Shown one piece after another: positions 27,936 through 39,754 of a DNA stretch of 64,000 bases. Position numbers and translations under genes: made by a program. The stretch lies in contig CAWJBB010000049.1 of assembly GCA_963840855.1 (NCBI GenBank), positions 1 to 64,000 of the forward strand, in the 5' to 3' direction. Positions within the stretch are counted from its first letter, which is position 1; each line of letters opens with the position of its first letter. Under the pieces are notes generated by a model. The model worked only from the letters and a program-made list of their open reading frames with translations. It had not been told where the DNA came from and searched no databases. Source of the stretch: an uncultured delta proteobacterium (GTDB lineage Bacteria; Desulfobacterota; Binatia; UBA9968).

Positions 27936-30900
27936 TTAATTCTTTTGCTGCAGCGCCATATGCTGGATGCGGCTCAGCACTGCGCCCAGGGCCCCGGTCT
28001 CTATGGGCACGCCTTTGTGATAGGCAATCACCTGGTTCGAATAGGGCGACACCCTGGCGCCGGGAGAAAGAATGCCGGCCAGATTGAGAGGGTCCGCCGC
28101 CGCAACGATCACCGGCTCCTCTTGTTTCGGACCACGCCGCCGGGCGCGCAGCTTTTCGACCGCGTCGGGCAACGCAAATTGTTCGCCGACAAAGCCATCG
28201 ACGAAACGCCCGCCGCGAATCTCGCCGCGCGCCTCCCAGCGCCGGTAAAGCTGCAACAAGGTTCGCCACGGCGGTAAATTATTTTCACGCGCTAAGAGAT
28301 CGCGAAACACGATGCCGTAGCGCCGCAGCAACTGGCGCGCCTTCTGCTCAAGGCTTGCGCTCTCCTGTGCTTCGCCGCGAGCGGCCCGGCGCCAGAGCGA
28401 CCAGCGCCCCACCGGCATGGCGCGCTCCGGGCTGCGCCCGCCGCTGAGAACGCGAAAACTGCGCCGTTTGCCGGCGCGCTTGTGCTCCGGTGTGAGCAGC
28501 ACCCGCAGCCCGGCGATGCCGTCGCCGGTGGCAAGACCATGGGCAACGAGCTGCCACAGCGCCTCTTCGACTTTGACTTTCAACAGACCGCTATCCCGCG
28601 CGATATCGGCAAGAAACGACGCTCCCTGGCGTTCCAGATAAGCTGCGACTTCGCGGGCCATGGGCGACAGCGCGGGAACTTGACGCCAATCCGCGCCACT
28701 ATCGAGAAAATACTCCGTCTCTTCGCGCCGGAGAAACGCGATGGGCGCGTTGCGCGCTGGTGCAAACACACGCCTCGCGCGCTTTCCTCGGGCGCTTTGA
28801 TCACTGGCCGGCTCCGCTTCGTCATAATTCCCACGCAAGCGACCCCAAGCCACCATTCCGGCGAGACAAAGATGTTCCAGATCCGCCGGTTCATATTTTT
28901 CCAGCCGCGACGGCAAGACATGCTGTTCCCAGGCGGGCGCTGGAAGCTCCAGCCCCTGGAGCTGCTCAATCACTCGGAGCACGCCGTCTCGTCCGGCGAG
29001 ATGCCGGGCGGGGGCGAGATGCTGCCAATCAAGCAGAAACTCCATGAACTCGGCGGCGGAGACCGCTTCGATCTCCTTGCGCATGCGCCCGAGAGTCAGC
29101 CGGTGGATACGCGCAAGGAGCGAGCGCTCGCACCATTCGATTGCGCGTGGCGCCCCCGGCGCGCCATTCATCACGGTAAATTCGCCGCGCAGCACGGCGC
29201 CGGCGGATTCCAGCGCCAACAAAGCAGCATCGATCCCCGCCGCGGCCAATCCCAACCGCGCGGCCAGCTGGTCGGCGGTCGTCGGGCCGATCGCTTCAAG
29301 CCAGCCCTGGACAATATTGCGCAATGCTTCTTCTGCCGAGGATACCTTTTCAACGAAGCCTAGAGGAATACTGACGGGAGGGTCGTAGTGTATATCCGGA
29401 ATGCACAGGCGCAAGAGATCGCAGCGTTCCGCAGCTATCCACGCCCGCATCTCTCCGTTGGTTTCCGGCAGGAGCCAAGACGCAACCGCGGCGCGTCCGC
29501 TTTTGATGAGCGCCGCGGCAAAGGTTGGTAATTCGCGCCCCTCGGTTAGCGGCAACAGACAGAGTGACAAAAGCAAATCATGCAGCTCGTCCGCATTGCG
29601 AACATCCGGCCATGCCTGGCGGCGCACCTCTTCGATGGCCGCGGCATCGAGCTGGCCAAACTCCCGCCCCAACCAGGGATCGGTGCGCCTGAGCGACACC
29701 GCCCGCGCGCGCCGTTCCTCGAGGGGCGCGTCATCCAAGAACGCGTAGGGATTGGCGTTGAGAATTTCATGGGCCATGGGCGAAGGTGCCGGGGTGTCAA
29801 CGGCCAAGGTCCTGATCTCGCCGCTCTCGATGCGCTCGGTAATTTCCGTCAAACCAGCCAGATCCATCGCTTCATGCAGACAATCGCCGAGGGTTTCGCT
29901 GACCAATGGATGGTCGGGAATTTCCACCGGCCCGGCACGGTTGTCCTGGCACATGGTCTGCTCCGGAAATACCGCCGCCAATAGATCTTCGGCGCGCATG
30001 CGCTGCAAGGCCACGGGAATTTTCTTGCCGCCGCTATAGCGCAGCAAAGCCAGAGCGCGGGTGGCGTTCCAACGCCATCGGCTGGTGAAAAGCGGCGAGG
30101 CCAGGGCGGCCCCGGTCAACGTCGCCTGGAGAAGCGCCGGGCGGAGCATCAGAAAGACATCGCTTAAGGGGAAAGAGTGTTGCTGCACCAGCGAGATGAC
30201 GATGCCGTCGTCAGTGGCCGCCGCTTGCAGCTCGCGGTCGAAGCTCACGCAAAAACGCTTGCGCAACGCCATGCCCCAGGCGCGGTTGATGCGCGCGCCC
30301 CATGGCGAGTGAATCACCAGTTGCATGCCCCCAGCTTCGTCGAAAAAGCGCTCGGCGATAATTCGTTCCTGTTCCGGCACCGCGCCGAGCAGCGCCAACG
30401 TCTCAGCCACGTAGTCAACGATCTGCTCGGCCGCCGCTTTCGACATCGCCACTTCTTGCGCGAGCCGCTCCTGCGCTTTTTCCCGGTCAGGCAACAGCCC
30501 GGCCACGTCACGGCGCAGTTCGGACAATGCCCGTGAAAGCTCCCGGGTCCGTCCCGGCGCTTCGCCGAGCCAGAACGGAATTGTCGGCGGTAAGCCCTGC
30601 GCGTCTTCGACCCATACTTTGCCCGAGCCGACGCGCCGGATGCGCCAGGAGCGGTTGCCGAGCAGAAAAATATCTCCGGCGAGGCTCTCGATGGCGAAAT
30701 CTTCATTGACCTTACCGACAAAAGTCTCGCTGGGAAATTCCACCACGTCGTAGTCAGCCATATCGGGAATGGCGCCGCCGTTGGTGATGGCCGTCAAGCG
30801 CGCGCCGCGGCGCGGCCGCAGCAGGCCGTGGATGCGATCGCGATGAAGGTACGCGCCGCGCCGGCTGTGCCGCGTCGCTATGCCTTCGCTCAACATTTCC

Positions 30901-32336
30901 AGAACCTGGCCGAATTCTTCGCGGGTCAGATTCCTGTAGGGATAGGCGCCGCGGACCAAACGCCATAGACGCGCTTCACTTATGCCAGTCTCATCCGCAG
31001 GGGCACGGCATGCCGTGCCCCTACTACTGTTTCTTCCCTTTGCGTTCTCTGCGGTTAAATCAACGCTCGCCACCGTCGCGACCATCTGTTGCGCCAGCAC
31101 GTCAAGCGATTTCCCGATGACCGTGAGGCGGTCCAATTCGCCTTGGCGCACGGCGCGTATCGCGGCGGTCGATTGCAGTAAATCATCCCGCGTAAGCGGA
31201 TAGAAAATCCCTTTCGGAATGGCGCCGAGCCAATGGCCGGAGCGGCCCACACGCTGGAGCAAGACCGCCAGCGCCCGCGGCGCGCCGATATGGCATACGA
31301 CATCGACATGGCCGATATCGATGCCCAACTCCAGGGATGCGGTGGCCACCACCACCGGAAATTCGCCGCTCTTGAGCTTTTCTTCCACCTCGAGCCGGGT
31401 CTTGCGCGAAAGACTGCCATGATGCGCGCCGACTTTATTTTCGCCCAACCGCTCGGTCAGTTGGTGCGCGACGCGCTCGACTAATCGCCGCGTGTTGACG
31501 AACACCAGGGTGGTGCGATGGGCTTTGATTTGTGCGACGATCTTCTCGTAAACCGCGGCCCAGATGTCTTGCCGGATGATCGGCCCCAATTCTTCATCGG
31601 GCACTTCGATGCTGAGATCCAGATCGCGCTGGTGCCCGGCGTCGACGATGGCGCAGTCGGGAGTATCATCGGAGCGCAGGTTGCGCGCGCCGACCAAAAG
31701 TCGCGCGATGTCTTCGATGGGCTTTTGCGTCGCGCTCAGGCCGATGCGCTGCAAGGGCGATTCGACCAACTCCTCGAGCCGTTCCAGCGACAATGCCAGA
31801 TGCGCGCCGCGCTTGTCCGCCGCCACCGCGTGAATCTCATCGACGATGACGGTTTCGGCGCTTTGCAAAAATCGCCGGCTGCGCGGCGCCGTGAGCAAAA
31901 TATAAAGGGACTCCGGCGTGGTGATAAGGATATGCGGCGGGCGGCGCGCCATCTGTTGGCGCTCGTGGGCTGGCGTATCGCCGGAGCGCACCGCAACGCG
32001 CAAGCTCGGCAGCAACACGCCTTCGCGCCCGGCCAGATCGTAAATTTCCGCCAGGGGTGCCTGAAGATTTTTGGCGATGTCGTTGCCCAGCGCTTTGAGG
32101 GGGGAAACATAGACGACGCTCGTGCGATCATCGAGCTCCCCGCTGAGCGCGCGTTTGATCAGCCGGTCGATGGACCAGAGAAAGGCCGCCAGCGTTTTGC
32201 CCGAGCCGGTCGGCGCGGCAATTAACGTCGATCGGCCGGCGGCAATGGACTCCCAGCCGCGCTCCTGCGCCGGCGTGGGTTTGCCGAAGCGCTGGCTGAA
32301 CCAGCGCTGGACTAAAGGATGAAAATAAAAATCCAA
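27936..32336 (-). CDS. lhr: Lhr ATP-dependent helicase, long form
   Basis: APTGSGKT, SPLKAL, TTPESL, DEIH, SLELGID, QRVGRSGH; C-terminal GEIRGGRFVDGFVGEQFA. Confidence 0.95.
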   Translation of the reverse strand: MDFYFHPLVQRWFSQRFGKPTPAQERGWESIAAGRSTLIAAPTGSGKTLAAFLWSIDRLIKRALSGELDDRTSVVYVSPLKALGNDIAKNLQAPLAEIYDLAGREGVLLPSLRVAVRSGDTPAHERQQMARRPPHILITTPESLYILLTAPRSRRFLQSAETVIVDEIHAVAADKRGAHLALSLERLEELVESPLQRIGLSATQKPIEDIARLLVGARNLRSDDTPDCAIVDAGHQRDLDLSIEVPDEELGPIIRQDIWAAVYEKIVAQIKAHRTTLVFVNTRRLVERVAHQLTERLGENKVGAHHGSLSRKTRLEVEEKLKSGEFPVVVATASLELGIDIGHVDVVCHIGAPRALAVLLQRVGRSGHWLGAIPKGIFYPLTRDDLLQSTAAIRAVRQGELDRLTVIGKSLDVLAQQMVATVASVDLTAENAKGRNSSRGTACRAPADETGISEARLWRLVRGAYPYRNLTREEFGQVLEMLSEGIATRHSRRGAYLHRDRIHGLLRPRRGARLTAITNGGAIPDMADYDVVEFPSETFVGKVNEDFAIESLAGDIFLLGNRSWRIRRVGSGKVWVEDAQGLPPTIPFWLGEAPGRTRELSRALSELRRDVAGLLPDREKAQERLAQEVAMSKAAAEQIVDYVAETLALLGAVPEQERIIAERFFDEAGGMQLVIHSPWGARINRAWGMALRKRFCVSFDRELQAAATDDGIVISLVQQHSFPLSDVFLMLRPALLQATLTGAALASPLFTSRWRWNATRALALLRYSGGKKIPVALQRMRAEDLLAAVFPEQTMCQDNRAGPVEIPDHPLVSETLGDCLHEAMDLAGLTEITERIESGEIRTLAVDTPAPSPMAHEILNANPYAFLDDAPLEERRARAVSLRRTDPWLGREFGQLDAAAIEEVRRQAWPDVRNADELHDLLLSLCLLPLTEGRELPTFAAALIKSGRAAVASWLLPETNGEMRAWIAAERCDLLRLCIPDIHYDPPVSIPLGFVEKVSSAEEALRNIVQGWLEAIGPTTADQLAARLGLAAAGIDAALLALESAGAVLRGEFTVMNGAPGAPRAIEWCERSLLARIHRLTLGRMRKEIEAVSAAEFMEFLLDWQHLAPARHLAGRDGVLRVIEQLQGLELPAPAWEQHVLPSRLEKYEPADLEHLCLAGMVAWGRLRGNYDEAEPASDQSARGKRARRVFAPARNAPIAFLRREETEYFLDSGADWRQVPALSPMAREVAAYLERQGASFLADIARDSGLLKVKVEEALWQLVAHGLATGDGIAGLRVLLTPEHKRAGKRRSFRVLSGGRSPERAMPVGRWSLWRRAARGEAQESASLEQKARQLLRRYGIVFRDLLARENNLPPWRTLLQLYRRWEARGEIRGGRFVDGFVGEQFALPDAVEKLRARRRGPKQEEPVIVAAADPLNLAGILSPGARVSPYSNQVIAYHKGVPIETGALGAVLSRIQHMALQQKN
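30997..31060. repeat. GTAG-type REP palindrome plus ACCGCAGAG-type repeat arm inside the lhr coding sequence
   Basis: Perfect 24-bp palindrome aggggcacggcatgccgtgcccct (30999-31022), followed by ctttgcgttctctgcggttaaat. Confidence 0.85.
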
Positions 32337-32430
32337 CTGGGCGCCACTATAGTTTCACCTTAAACTCGTACCCTCACCGTAAAAGGAAAAATTCGGAGGG
32401 TCAATAGAAGGCGTGACTCAGTTACCGGCA

Positions 32431-32745
32431 CTATTGCCCTGCCTTCTGCTCGGCGCTGCCGGCGATTTGCAAACTGTCGAGCACCATTTTGGCGCCGGTG
32501 TGTCCTTGCTTCGCCAGCTCACTGGTCTTGGTGATGAGGGCGCTGAATTGCTCCTGAACTTTCTGCGCTGTCTGGAGCGGCGCTTCCTGCGAGCTTTTCA
32601 CGGCGATGAGTTCATTTCTTTGGGCGATGAGCTGGATCGTCTGGAAAGCAAAATAGATCAACAAAGCCGCCAGCGTGATCGCAAAAGGTAGATTCGATTC
32701 CCGCGGCGTATTTGCTTCGGACTCTCGCGCGCGTCGTAGTTTCAT
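32431..32745 (-). CDS. Small membrane-anchored coiled-coil protein
   Basis: TM FAITLAALLIYFAF followed by amphipathic helices. Confidence 0.65.
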   Translation of the reverse strand: MKLRRARESEANTPRESNLPFAITLAALLIYFAFQTIQLIAQRNELIAVKSSQEAPLQTAQKVQEQFSALITKTSELAKQGHTGAKMVLDSLQIAGSAEQKAGQ

Positions 32746-32773
32746 TCTGGGTTTGTTCGTTTTCCATTAAACC

Positions 32774-33059
32774 TCACTTGGAAACTTTGCCCGCCTCGGG
32801 CTTGGGGCTCAAGGTGAAACCGCTCGCCGCCAAAAGTTCTTTTAGTTTCGGATCGTTGGTTTTCACCGCCACTTCAGCGAGAGCGCCGACCATCTGCCGG
32901 TGCAGCGTTTCCAGGTGCATCGCCTGGGCGATCATCTGCTGGCGCTCGCTCACCTCGCTCTGCAGCGATTGGTTGCCGAAGCCCAGTAAAATATTAACCA
33001 GCACCAGAACCAGCAACAGGCAGGAACAGATCGTCGATACGAGGCGCTTTTTCTATCAT
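32774..33059 (-). CDS. Small membrane-anchored coiled-coil protein; probable frameshift near 33045
   Basis: ATG 33059 gives MIEKA, and a +1 shift gives LVSTICSCLLLVLVLVNILLG...LKELLAASG. Confidence 0.6.
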
Positions 33060-33160
33060 GATATAGCTTTTCCCATATTATCCCGCGTAGATTCCAATCT
33101 TTTTGCTCAAACAGGGCTCTGAGATTCTCAAAGGGTGAACGAAGGTTTTTCAGGACCGCA

Positions 33161-33829
33161 CTATCGAATCAGGTTGCCGAGTCTCTCCCAACGCACCCAA
33201 CGGTCATTGCCGTCCCATGACCAATAGATCAAGAAGGCCTTGCCGCGCACGTCGTCGAGACTGACGAAGCCCCAGAACCTGCTGTCATGACTGCTGTCGC
33301 GGTTGTCGCCCATGACGAAAAGGTGACCTTGGGGAACCGTGCGGGGGCCGAAATTATTCTGCCCCGGCTGGATTTCTCCCGCCAGTTCGCCGTCTTTGAA
33401 ATAAGCATGGGGATCGGTGACCGGCCGGCCGTTGATGTAGACCTTCCTCTGGCGGATTTCCACGGTGTCGCCGCCGACCGCGACCACCCTCTTGATAAAG
33501 TCCTTGGAGCGGTCTTCGGGGAAAATAAAAACGATCACGTCGCTTCGCTGGGGCTGTTGAAACTCGACGAGATAGTCCTCCCAAAAGGGAATGCGCACTC
33601 CGTAGGAGAGCTTGTTGACCAGAATGTGGTCGCCGATGGCCAGCGTCGGGATCATCGAGCCCGATGGGATTTTGAACGCTTGCACGATGAAAGTCCGAAT
33701 GAACAGCGCCAGCAGCAGCGCCATGCCGATCGCTTCGGCATACTCGCGAAAGGTCGATTTGGTCTTTGCCGCGGGTTGTCCCGCCACCGCGCCGGGTTCT
33801 CTTGTCTTGCTTGCTTTTTCGGAAGCCAT
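33161..33829 (-). CDS. lepB: Signal peptidase I
   Basis: IPSGSMIPTL, FIKRV, GDNRDSSHDSRFWG. Confidence 0.97.
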   Translation of the reverse strand: MASEKASKTREPGAVAGQPAAKTKSTFREYAEAIGMALLLALFIRTFIVQAFKIPSGSMIPTLAIGDHILVNKLSYGVRIPFWEDYLVEFQQPQRSDVIVFIFPEDRSKDFIKRVVAVGGDTVEIRQRKVYINGRPVTDPHAYFKDGELAGEIQPGQNNFGPRTVPQGHLFVMGDNRDSSHDSRFWGFVSLDDVRGKAFLIYWSWDGNDRWVRWERLGNLIR

Positions 33830-33842
33830 GATCCCTTTCGTC

Positions 33843-35636
33843 CTACACTTTCAAGGCAGCGAGAAAGGCTTCTTGGGGAATTTCCACTTTGCCGACTTGT
33901 TTCATGCGTTTTTTTCCTTCCTTTTGCCGCTCTAAAAGTTTTCGTTTGCGCGTGATGTCGCCGCCGTAACACTTGGCGGTGACGTTTTTGCGCAGCGCCT
34001 TCACCGCTTCCCGCGAGATCACCCGGCTGCCGATGGCGGCCTGAATCACGACTTCGAAGAGCTGGCGTGGAATCAGCTCGCGCATCTTTTGCACGAGATC
34101 GCGGCCGCGGTAATAGGCCTTGTCGCGGTGCACGATCATCGACATGGCGTCCACCAGATCGCCGTTGATGCGCACATCCAGTTTAACCAAATTCGCCGCC
34201 CGGTATCCAGCCACTTCGTAGTCCATCGACGCATAGCCCCGGCTCACCGATTTTAGCCGGTCATAGAAATCGACAACGATCTCGTTGAGCGGCAGTTCGT
34301 AAACCAGCATAACGCGTTTAGGGCCGAGATAGCGAATCTCCTTTTGCGTGCCGCGCTTTTCTTCGCACAGCCCGAGGACTGCGCCGACGTACTCCTGCGG
34401 CAAATGGATCGTCGCCCGGATCACCGGCTCCTCGATTTGTTCGATTTCCCCCTCCGCAGGCATGCGCACGGGATTATCGATGAACAGCGTTTCGCCATTG
34501 GTCCTGGTGATGCGGTACACGACGGTGGCAGCCGTCGTGATGAGGCTCAGGGCGAATTCCCGCTCGAGCCGCTCGCGCACGATATCCATGTGCAATAGGC
34601 CGAGAAAGCCGCAGCGAAAGCCAAAACCCAACGCTAGAGAGGTCTCCGGCTCATAGGTAAACGACGAATCGTTGAGCCTGAGCTTTTCGAGGGCGTCGCG
34701 CAAAGCCTGATACTGGTTCGCTTCAGTGGGATATAAACCGCTGAACACCATGGGCTTCATCGGTTTGAATCCCGGCAGCGGCTCCAGCGCCGGCTTTTCT
34801 TCCAGAGTTATCGTCTCGCCGATGCGGGTCTCGGAGACCTCTTTGATGCCTGCCATCAAGAAACCGACCTCGCCGGCGCCGAGCTCGCCAACCTCCACCG
34901 GTTCCGGCGCGAAGACTCCCAGGCGCGTCACCTCAAAGGACTGGCCGCTGAACATCATGCGAATGCGCTCTCCTTTGCGCACCATGCCGTCAAAAACGCG
35001 CATCATAACGACGGCGCCATGATAGGGATCGAACCAGCTGTCGATAATCAGCGCGCGCAGCGGCGCCGTTGGATTGCCTCTGGGCGGCGGAAACAGGCGC
35101 ACGATACCTTCGAGAATCTCCTCCGTACCGATGCCTTCCTTGGCGCTGGCGAGTATCGCGTTGGAGGCATCCAGTCCAATGACCTCTTCGATATCGGCTT
35201 TGACCCGCTCGGGCTCCGCGTTCGGTAGATCGATCTTGTTGATCACCGGAAAAATTTCCAGATTATGATCGAGCGCCATATGCACATTGGCCACCGTCTG
35301 AGCTTCCACCCCTTGAGCCGCGTCCACCACCAGCAGCGCCCCTTCGCAGGCGGCCAGGCTGCGCGACACTTCGTAGGTAAAATCGACATGGCCCGGCGTA
35401 TCGATGAGATTGAGTTTGTACTCCTGCCCGTCCTTGGCGCGGTAGCGCAGACATACCGGACTCGCCTTGATGGTAATGCCGCGCTCCCGCTCCAGTTCCA
35501 TGCTGTCGAGAATTTGCGCGGTCTTTTCCCGGTCACTCACCGCGCCGGTAAACTCCAACAGACGATCGGCCAGGGTCGACTTGCCGTGGTCGATATGGGC
35601 GATGATCGAGAAGTTGCGAATGCGCTCCAGATTCAT
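33843..35636 (-). CDS. lepA: Elongation factor 4
   Basis: [42 protein letters not shown]. Confidence 0.98.
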   Translation of the reverse strand: MNLERIRNFSIIAHIDHGKSTLADRLLEFTGAVSDREKTAQILDSMELERERGITIKASPVCLRYRAKDGQEYKLNLIDTPGHVDFTYEVSRSLAACEGALLVVDAAQGVEAQTVANVHMALDHNLEIFPVINKIDLPNAEPERVKADIEEVIGLDASNAILASAKEGIGTEEILEGIVRLFPPPRGNPTAPLRALIIDSWFDPYHGAVVMMRVFDGMVRKGERIRMMFSGQSFEVTRLGVFAPEPVEVGELGAGEVGFLMAGIKEVSETRIGETITLEEKPALEPLPGFKPMKPMVFSGLYPTEANQYQALRDALEKLRLNDSSFTYEPETSLALGFGFRCGFLGLLHMDIVRERLEREFALSLITTAATVVYRITRTNGETLFIDNPVRMPAEGEIEQIEEPVIRATIHLPQEYVGAVLGLCEEKRGTQKEIRYLGPKRVMLVYELPLNEIVVDFYDRLKSVSRGYASMDYEVAGYRAANLVKLDVRINGDLVDAMSMIVHRDKAYYRGRDLVQKMRELIPRQLFEVVIQAAIGSRVISREAVKALRKNVTAKCYGGDITRKRKLLERQKEGKKRMKQVGKVEIPQEAFLAALKV

Positions 35637-35647
35637 TGTCCGCCGGT

Positions 35648-36559
35648 CTAACGCCACGAGGCGATGGTTTTTTGCAACCCCTGGTCGAGTGATGTAACTG
35701 GCCGCCAACCCAAGACCTTGGCCGCAAAGCCAACGGCCAGGCAACTGCGCCGCTGCTCGCCGGTCTTGGCCGGGCCGTGGGTTGCTTCGATGTTTTTTCC
35801 CAGTCCCGCGCACAAAGAGCGGCAAATCGTGACCACATCGGTTTCCTGCCCCGTGCCGATATTCACCGCGCCGATAAATGGGGTCCGCAACGCCGCCAGA
35901 TTGGCGGCGACCACATCACCAACAAAAACGTAATCCCGTGTTTGCTTGCCGTCGCCGTTGATGATCGGGCTGTTTTCCGAAAGCAATCGGTCGATGAAGA
36001 TCGCCACCACACCGGCTTCTCCTTTGCTCGACTGGCGCGGCCCATAAACATTGGCGTAGCGGAGGGCCACATAGGGTAGCCCGAAGGCCGTGTAGTAGTA
36101 GTCGAGATAAAGCTCACCCGCTCGTTTACTTACTCCGTAGGGACTCAATGGCGCGGTCGGATGGGCTTCGGCGGCCGGGATCGGTTCCTTATCGCCGTAG
36201 ACGGCGCCACCGGAAGAAGCAAAGATCACTTTTTTCACCCCCGCCTCAACGCAGCCTTGCAGCAGATTTACAAAACCGATGATATTGACCCTCGCATCGA
36301 AAGCCGGGTCGGCCACAGAACGGCGCACGTCCATCTGCGCGGCATGATGGTTCAAGACATCGGGCTTGAGGTCGGTTATGAGCTTCACGGTATTGGAATT
36401 GGCGATATCGAGCCGGTGGACGACGGCCTTGGCGTTGACGTTGGCCTCGCGCCCGGTGGAAAAATCGTCCGCAATATGAACTTCATGGCCATCGGCAATG
36501 TATGCGTCGACAATATGCGAGGCGATAAACCCTGCGCCTCCCGTAACGACGATCTTCAT
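35648..36559 (-). CDS. NAD-dependent epimerase (UDP-glucose 4-epimerase-like)
   Basis: [22 protein letters not shown]. Confidence 0.9.
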   Translation of the reverse strand: MKIVVTGGAGFIASHIVDAYIADGHEVHIADDFSTGREANVNAKAVVHRLDIANSNTVKLITDLKPDVLNHHAAQMDVRRSVADPAFDARVNIIGFVNLLQGCVEAGVKKVIFASSGGAVYGDKEPIPAAEAHPTAPLSPYGVSKRAGELYLDYYYTAFGLPYVALRYANVYGPRQSSKGEAGVVAIFIDRLLSENSPIINGDGKQTRDYVFVGDVVAANLAALRTPFIGAVNIGTGQETDVVTICRSLCAGLGKNIEATHGPAKTGEQRRSCLAVGFAAKVLGWRPVTSLDQGLQKTIASWR

Positions 36560-37503
36560 ACCTTGCCCTTCTGCAACTTTTCGCGAAAGTACTCGATGGT
36601 CCGCGCCAACCCCTGTTCCAGTCCCACCTTCGGCTCCCAACCCAAGACCCTTTTTGCTTTTGCAATATCCGGCTGGCGCACTTGCGGGTCATCCTGCGGC
36701 AGAGGCTTGTACTCGATGGCGCTCTTCGAACCGGTGATCTCGATGATTTTCTTGGCGAACTCAAGCACCGTCATCTCATGGGGATTGCCGATGTTCACCG
36801 GCAGATTTTCATTGGACTGAAGCAGCATTTGGATACCCCCCACCAGGTCGTCCACAAATTGGAAACTGCGCGTTTGCTCCCCCTGACCGTAAACCGTGAG
36901 AGGCTCGCCTGTTAACGCCTGGGCGATGAAGTTCGGCACCACCCGGCCGTCGCGCATGCGCATGCGCGGGCCATAGGTGTTAAAGATGCGCACGATGCGG
37001 CTGTTCAGGCCGTGATAGCGATGATAGGCCATGGTCATCGCTTCGGCAAAGCGCTTGGCTTCGTCATAGACACCGCGCGGGCCGATGGGATTGACGTTGC
37101 CCCAGTACTCCTCACTCTGCGGCCGGACCAGCGGATCGCCGTAAACTTCCGACGTTGACGCCAGCAAATAGATCGCGTTCTTGGCTTTTGCCAGGCCCAG
37201 CGTGTTATGCGTCCCCAGCGCGCCGACCTTCAAGGTCGGAATCGGCAACTCCAGATAATCCACCGGGCTAGCCGGCGACGCAAAGTGCAGGATATAATCC
37301 AGCGGCTCCTCGACTTCGATGTAACGGCTTACGTTGTGATCGATGAAGCGGAAGCGCGGATTGTTAAGGAAAGGAGCGATGTTCTCGGTGGCGCCCGTTG
37401 AATAATTATCCATGCACAAGACTTCGTGCCCCTGGTTGAGAAAACTCTCGCAGAGGTGCGAGCCGATGAAGCCGGCGCCGCCCGTAATCAAGTACCTAGC
37501 CAT
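36556..37503 (-). CDS. UDP-glucuronate decarboxylase (UXS-like SDR)
   Basis: [33 protein letters not shown]. Confidence 0.92.
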   Translation of the reverse strand: MARYLITGGAGFIGSHLCESFLNQGHEVLCMDNYSTGATENIAPFLNNPRFRFIDHNVSRYIEVEEPLDYILHFASPASPVDYLELPIPTLKVGALGTHNTLGLAKAKNAIYLLASTSEVYGDPLVRPQSEEYWGNVNPIGPRGVYDEAKRFAEAMTMAYHRYHGLNSRIVRIFNTYGPRMRMRDGRVVPNFIAQALTGEPLTVYGQGEQTRSFQFVDDLVGGIQMLLQSNENLPVNIGNPHEMTVLEFAKKIIEITGSKSAIEYKPLPQDDPQVRQPDIAKAKRVLGWEPKVGLEQGLARTIEYFREKLQKGKV

Positions 37504-38800
37504 GTTTCCGTCCGATGGGAAAATATTTGAAGCCGAGTTTTGTCAGGTCCGTGGGATCGTAAATATTGCGCCCGTCGAAAATCACCGGATTCTTCAGCAA
37601 TTGCCTCATACGGCCAAAATCCGGACGGCGGAATTCATTCCATTCCGTCAAGATCAACAAGGCCGCGGCGCCATCCAGAGCATCGTAGTTGTGCTCGGCG
37701 TAACGGATTCGCTCACCGAAAAGCCTTTTCGCCTCGCGCATCGCTTCAGGATCGAATGCCTGCACTTTTGCCCCCGCCTTAAGTAACGCGTTGATAACGG
37801 TGATCGCCGGAGCGTCGCGCATGTCGTCGGTGCGCGGCTTGAACGCCAGGCCCCACACGGCGAAGGTCTTACCGGACAATTTCCCGCCAAAAAAACGCGT
37901 CACCTTGTCCACCAAAAGCCGCTTCTGCCTCTCATTAACCTTCTCAACGGCGCGCAACAGCGGCATCTCGACTTCTTTTCCGCCCATGCCAATCATCGCG
38001 CGCACGTCTTTGGGGAAGCAGGAGCCGCCGTAACCAGTGCCGGGGAAAATAAAATACGGACCGATGCGGCGATCCAGGCTGATGGCACGCCTCACTTCGC
38101 CGATATCGGCGCCCATTTTCTCGCAAAGCCGGGCTACTTCGTTGATAAAAGAGATCTTCGTCGCCAGTATGGCGTTGGCGGCATACTTGCACATTTCGGC
38201 GCTGCGCGCATCCATGACCGTGATGGGATTGCCAGTGCGCACGAAGGGCTCGTAGAGCTCCTTGAGCTTCTCGATGGCCTTGAAGTCATCTCCGCCGAGC
38301 ACCACCCGGTCTGGCTTCATGAAATCCTCAACCGCCGCCCCTTCTTTCATAAACTCAGGATTCGAGAGCACCGCGAAAGAATACTTGGTTCCAGACTTGA
38401 TAATAGCGCGGATCTCGTCCGAAGTTCCCACGGGCACTGTGCTTTTGGTGACGATGATTTTTCGGCCATTCATCGCTTTTGCGATGGACCTGGCCGTGGC
38501 GCGCACGTATTCGAGATTGGCGCGGCCCGTGCGCCCCTGGGGTGTTCCCACAGCGATGAAAATAACTTCCGCCTTCCTGACCGCCGGGGCGATATCCGTG
38601 GCGAAACTCAAGCGCCGGTCGGTGACGTTGCGGCGGATCATCTCTTCCAAGCCCGGCTCGTAGATCGGCACCTTGCCTTGATTTAGAGTAGCGATCTTCC
38701 CTTGGTCGATATCGACGCAGATCACATCGTTGCCGCTTTCCGCAAAACAGGTTCCCGCCACCAAACCCACATACCCGGTGCCCACAACCGCGATTTTCAT
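37496..38800 (-). CDS. ugd: UDP-glucose 6-dehydrogenase
   Basis: [30 protein letters not shown]. Confidence 0.96.
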   Translation of the reverse strand: MKIAVVGTGYVGLVAGTCFAESGNDVICVDIDQGKIATLNQGKVPIYEPGLEEMIRRNVTDRRLSFATDIAPAVRKAEVIFIAVGTPQGRTGRANLEYVRATARSIAKAMNGRKIIVTKSTVPVGTSDEIRAIIKSGTKYSFAVLSNPEFMKEGAAVEDFMKPDRVVLGGDDFKAIEKLKELYEPFVRTGNPITVMDARSAEMCKYAANAILATKISFINEVARLCEKMGADIGEVRRAISLDRRIGPYFIFPGTGYGGSCFPKDVRAMIGMGGKEVEMPLLRAVEKVNERQKRLLVDKVTRFFGGKLSGKTFAVWGLAFKPRTDDMRDAPAITVINALLKAGAKVQAFDPEAMREAKRLFGERIRYAEHNYDALDGAAALLILTEWNEFRRPDFGRMRQLLKNPVIFDGRNIYDPTDLTKLGFKYFPIGRKHG

Positions 38801-39750
38801 GCGCCGTTTTCCTCCTCGAGTATCTCTCTGATCGCGAATACCGGCCGCCCCTGGGATTCATGGTAGGTACGAGCCAGCATCTCGCCGAGCAGTCCCATGG
38901 TGATGAATTGAAAGCCAATAAAGATGAGCAGTATGCTCAGGAGCAACAAAGGCCTGCCGCCAATGTCTTGGTTATAGATAAATTTTTGCGCGCTCAGATA
39001 ACCGGCGAGGATAAATCCGAGGGCGCAGCTGGCGATGCCCATGGGGCCAAAAACATGCGCCGGGCGGGTCGAATAACTAATCAGGAACTTCACCGTTAAA
39101 AGATCGAGAATCACCCGGAACGTTCTGCCTATTCCGTACTTCGACGCGCCGCGCAGCCGGGGCCGGTGTTTGACTTTCAATTCCGCTACCCGCGCTCCCC
39201 GCTCATAGGCGATGGCCGGAATGAAGCGGTGCATCTCGCCGTAAAGCTTCAGATGCGCGGCCACGTCTTTGCGCATCGCCTTCAGCGTGCAGCCGTAGTC
39301 GTGCAGCTCGACTTGCGTCGCCCATGAAATAAGCCAGTTGGCCATCATCGAAGGCAAGCGGCGGCTGAGAAATGCGTCGTGCCGGGGAAAGCGCCATCCG
39401 CAGACGAGATCGGCGCCGTTATCTAATTCCACCAGCATGGCCGGTATGTCCGCCGGGTCATTTTGGCCGTCGCCGTCCATGAGCACGACAAACTCTCCGC
39501 GCGCATGGGTCAAGCCCGCCGCCAGCGCGGCGGTCTGGCCGAAGTTCCGTTTGAGCCCGATGGCCCGGAGCTGAGGAGCTTGCCGGCGCAGACCGGCAAG
39601 GATTGCGAATGTCTGGTCCCGGCTGCCGTCATCGACCACGATGATCTCATAGCTCTTGACGAGGGGTTTCATGACCGACGTGATTTCACCCACCAGCGGT
39701 TCGACGTTTTCTTCCTCGTTATAAACGGGAATGACTATGGACAAATCCAT
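38797..39750 (-). CDS. GT2 glycosyltransferase (polyprenol-phosphate transferase, ArnC-like)
   Basis: VIPVYNE, VDDGS, RNFGQTAA, DGDGQNDP; two C-terminal TMs. Confidence 0.92.
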   Translation of the reverse strand: MDLSIVIPVYNEEENVEPLVGEITSVMKPLVKSYEIIVVDDGSRDQTFAILAGLRRQAPQLRAIGLKRNFGQTAALAAGLTHARGEFVVLMDGDGQNDPADIPAMLVELDNGADLVCGWRFPRHDAFLSRRLPSMMANWLISWATQVELHDYGCTLKAMRKDVAAHLKLYGEMHRFIPAIAYERGARVAELKVKHRPRLRGASKYGIGRTFRVILDLLTVKFLISYSTRPAHVFGPMGIASCALGFILAGYLSAQKFIYNQDIGGRPLLLLSILLIFIGFQFITMGLLGEMLARTYHESQGRPVFAIREILEEENGA

Positions 39751-39754
39751 CGGC

